Assembly (NCBI GenBank): GCA_001687465.1
Contig: LVLI01000294.1
Span: 62,001 to 126,000, forward strand
Source of the DNA: Halocafeteria seosinensis
Taxonomy: Eukaryota
Length of the DNA stretch: 64,000 nt
Reading direction: 5' to 3'
Below the pieces are notes generated by a model. It did not search any database and had not been told where the DNA came from. It worked only from the letters and a program-made list of their open reading frames with translations. The translations under genes were made by a program, and so were the position numbers. How positions within the stretch are numbered: position 1 is the first letter of the stretch; each line of letters opens with the position of its first letter. Of this stretch, positions 63,043-64,000 are shown one piece after another.

Positions 63043-64000
63043 ATGGCGAGCGCTGGAAGTGGAGGCGGTGGTGTCTCCGTGTTGATGGTGGCTGAGAAGC
63101 CCAGCATTGCAGAGAGCATTGCCAAGGTCTTAAGCAATGGAAAGCACCACACAGAGAGGAAAGGGATGAATGTTCATGAATTTGACGGCATGTTCCAAGG
63201 CAAAAAAGCGCACTTTAAATGCACAAGTGTTACAGGACACGTCTACAGTCGAGACTTTCCCAGTGACTTCCAAAATTGGGGTAAGAGAACGCTTACTATT
63301 ATGATTTTCCATTACCAATGCTGTTTGCTGAAGAAATCTGGAACGTCTGAAAAATTATTGTTGAAAGTATACACTAGGGAATGTTCTCGTGCTTTATTGG
63401 TTTGCTCAACTGCAGATGCGGTCGATCCTGCTGAACTCTTTACTGCCCCAACGGTGAAGAAGGTATGTGGATTGCACCGGACGTAATTACGCTTTAACTT
63501 GATGTAGAGATGCGTTCGATACTGTTGCTTCAGGAAACAAAGTCGAGTACTGTGAACCATCTTGCTTCGCAAGCGAAAGGCGCGACGTATCTAGTACTAT
63601 GGCTCGACTGCGATAAGGAAGGGGAAAATATTTGCTTTGAAGTGCTCGACGTGGTGTGGCCTAAGATGAAACGCTTAGATGGGAACCAAAAGTCGCAGTA
63701 CGGATATGGTCCGGATGCCAAACATCAGCAGGTATTCCGAGCCAAGTTCAGCGCAGTTGCAAAACCTGATATTGAAAAGGCAATGCGTTCATTGGCTGTG
63801 CCAAACGAGAATGAGAGTATAAGCGTTGATTCGAGACAGGAATTAGATTTGAAAATTGTATGTGTGCCTGCTGATGTGGACTGTATGCTGTTGTACCATC
63901 TGCGGCTAACTGAAACACGTGGGGTTCTGAACTTCAGGGAGTTGCCTTCTCTAGATACCAAACCAAGTTTTTTCAGGGGAAGTATGGCGACCTAGACTCG
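63043..64000 (+). CDS. TOP3B: DNA topoisomerase III beta, 5' part (runs off window)
   Basis: VLMVAEKPSIAESIAKVLS, VHEFDG.F.G....FKCTSVTGHV, LVLWLDCDKEGENICFEV, VFRAKFSAV, SVDSRQELDLKI. Confidence 0.93.

Noticed and set aside
51982..64000. TOP6A, MacroD, CEP57 and TOP3B within 12 kb as a genome-maintenance gene cluster
   Set aside because: Interspersed with unrelated genes on mixed strands; chance proximity is plausible in a genome this dense and no synteny evidence is available.
1..64000. Non-canonical (U12, GC-AG) introns, stop-codon reassignment or selenocysteine read-through
   Set aside because: Every intron I reconstructed in conserved genes (TOP6A, SRR, NUDT1, PP2C, FHA gene) is GT-AG and restores the frame; TAA, TAG and TGA all occur at homology-supported ends. 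Not every intron was checked.
1..64000. Transposons, endogenous viral elements, CRISPR arrays, rRNA or snRNA genes
   Set aside because: No transposase, RT, integrase or capsid motifs, terminal repeats, spaced repeats or recognisable RNA signatures were seen by eye.

Overview
Compact, intron-containing eukaryotic nuclear DNA (roughly balanced GC, short GT-AG introns, very short intergenic gaps), probably from a flagellated protist. A stramenopile-like lineage is an inference from gene content, not proven. About 27 protein genes and one tRNA-Gly(TCC) can be reconstructed by splicing ORF fragments by eye. Recognisable genes: patatin-like phospholipase (3' end), ING-type PHD protein, phosducin-like PhLP2, serine racemase, UPF3, PP2C, beta-hydroxyacid dehydrogenase, MTH1/NUDT1, a divergent cullin, ERGIC3/Erv46, PI-PLC-like phosphodiesterase, APP1-like phosphatase, TOP6A/SPO11-3, MacroD, CEP57, PAM18 and TOP3B (5' part). 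The most unusual items are: (1) an FHA protein with three tandem forkhead-like winged-helix repeats sharing identical intron positions; (2) a membrane-anchored trypsin-fold protein that has lost all three catalytic residues; (3) a long coiled-coil protein ending in a stand-alone dynein microtubule-binding-like domain plus a PH domain; (4) a myristoylated WD40 plus aldose-epimerase-like fusion; (5) convergent gene pairs whose stop codons overlap or nearly touch. No mobile elements, CRISPR arrays or rRNA were seen. All family assignments come from motif recognition by eye; no database searches were run.
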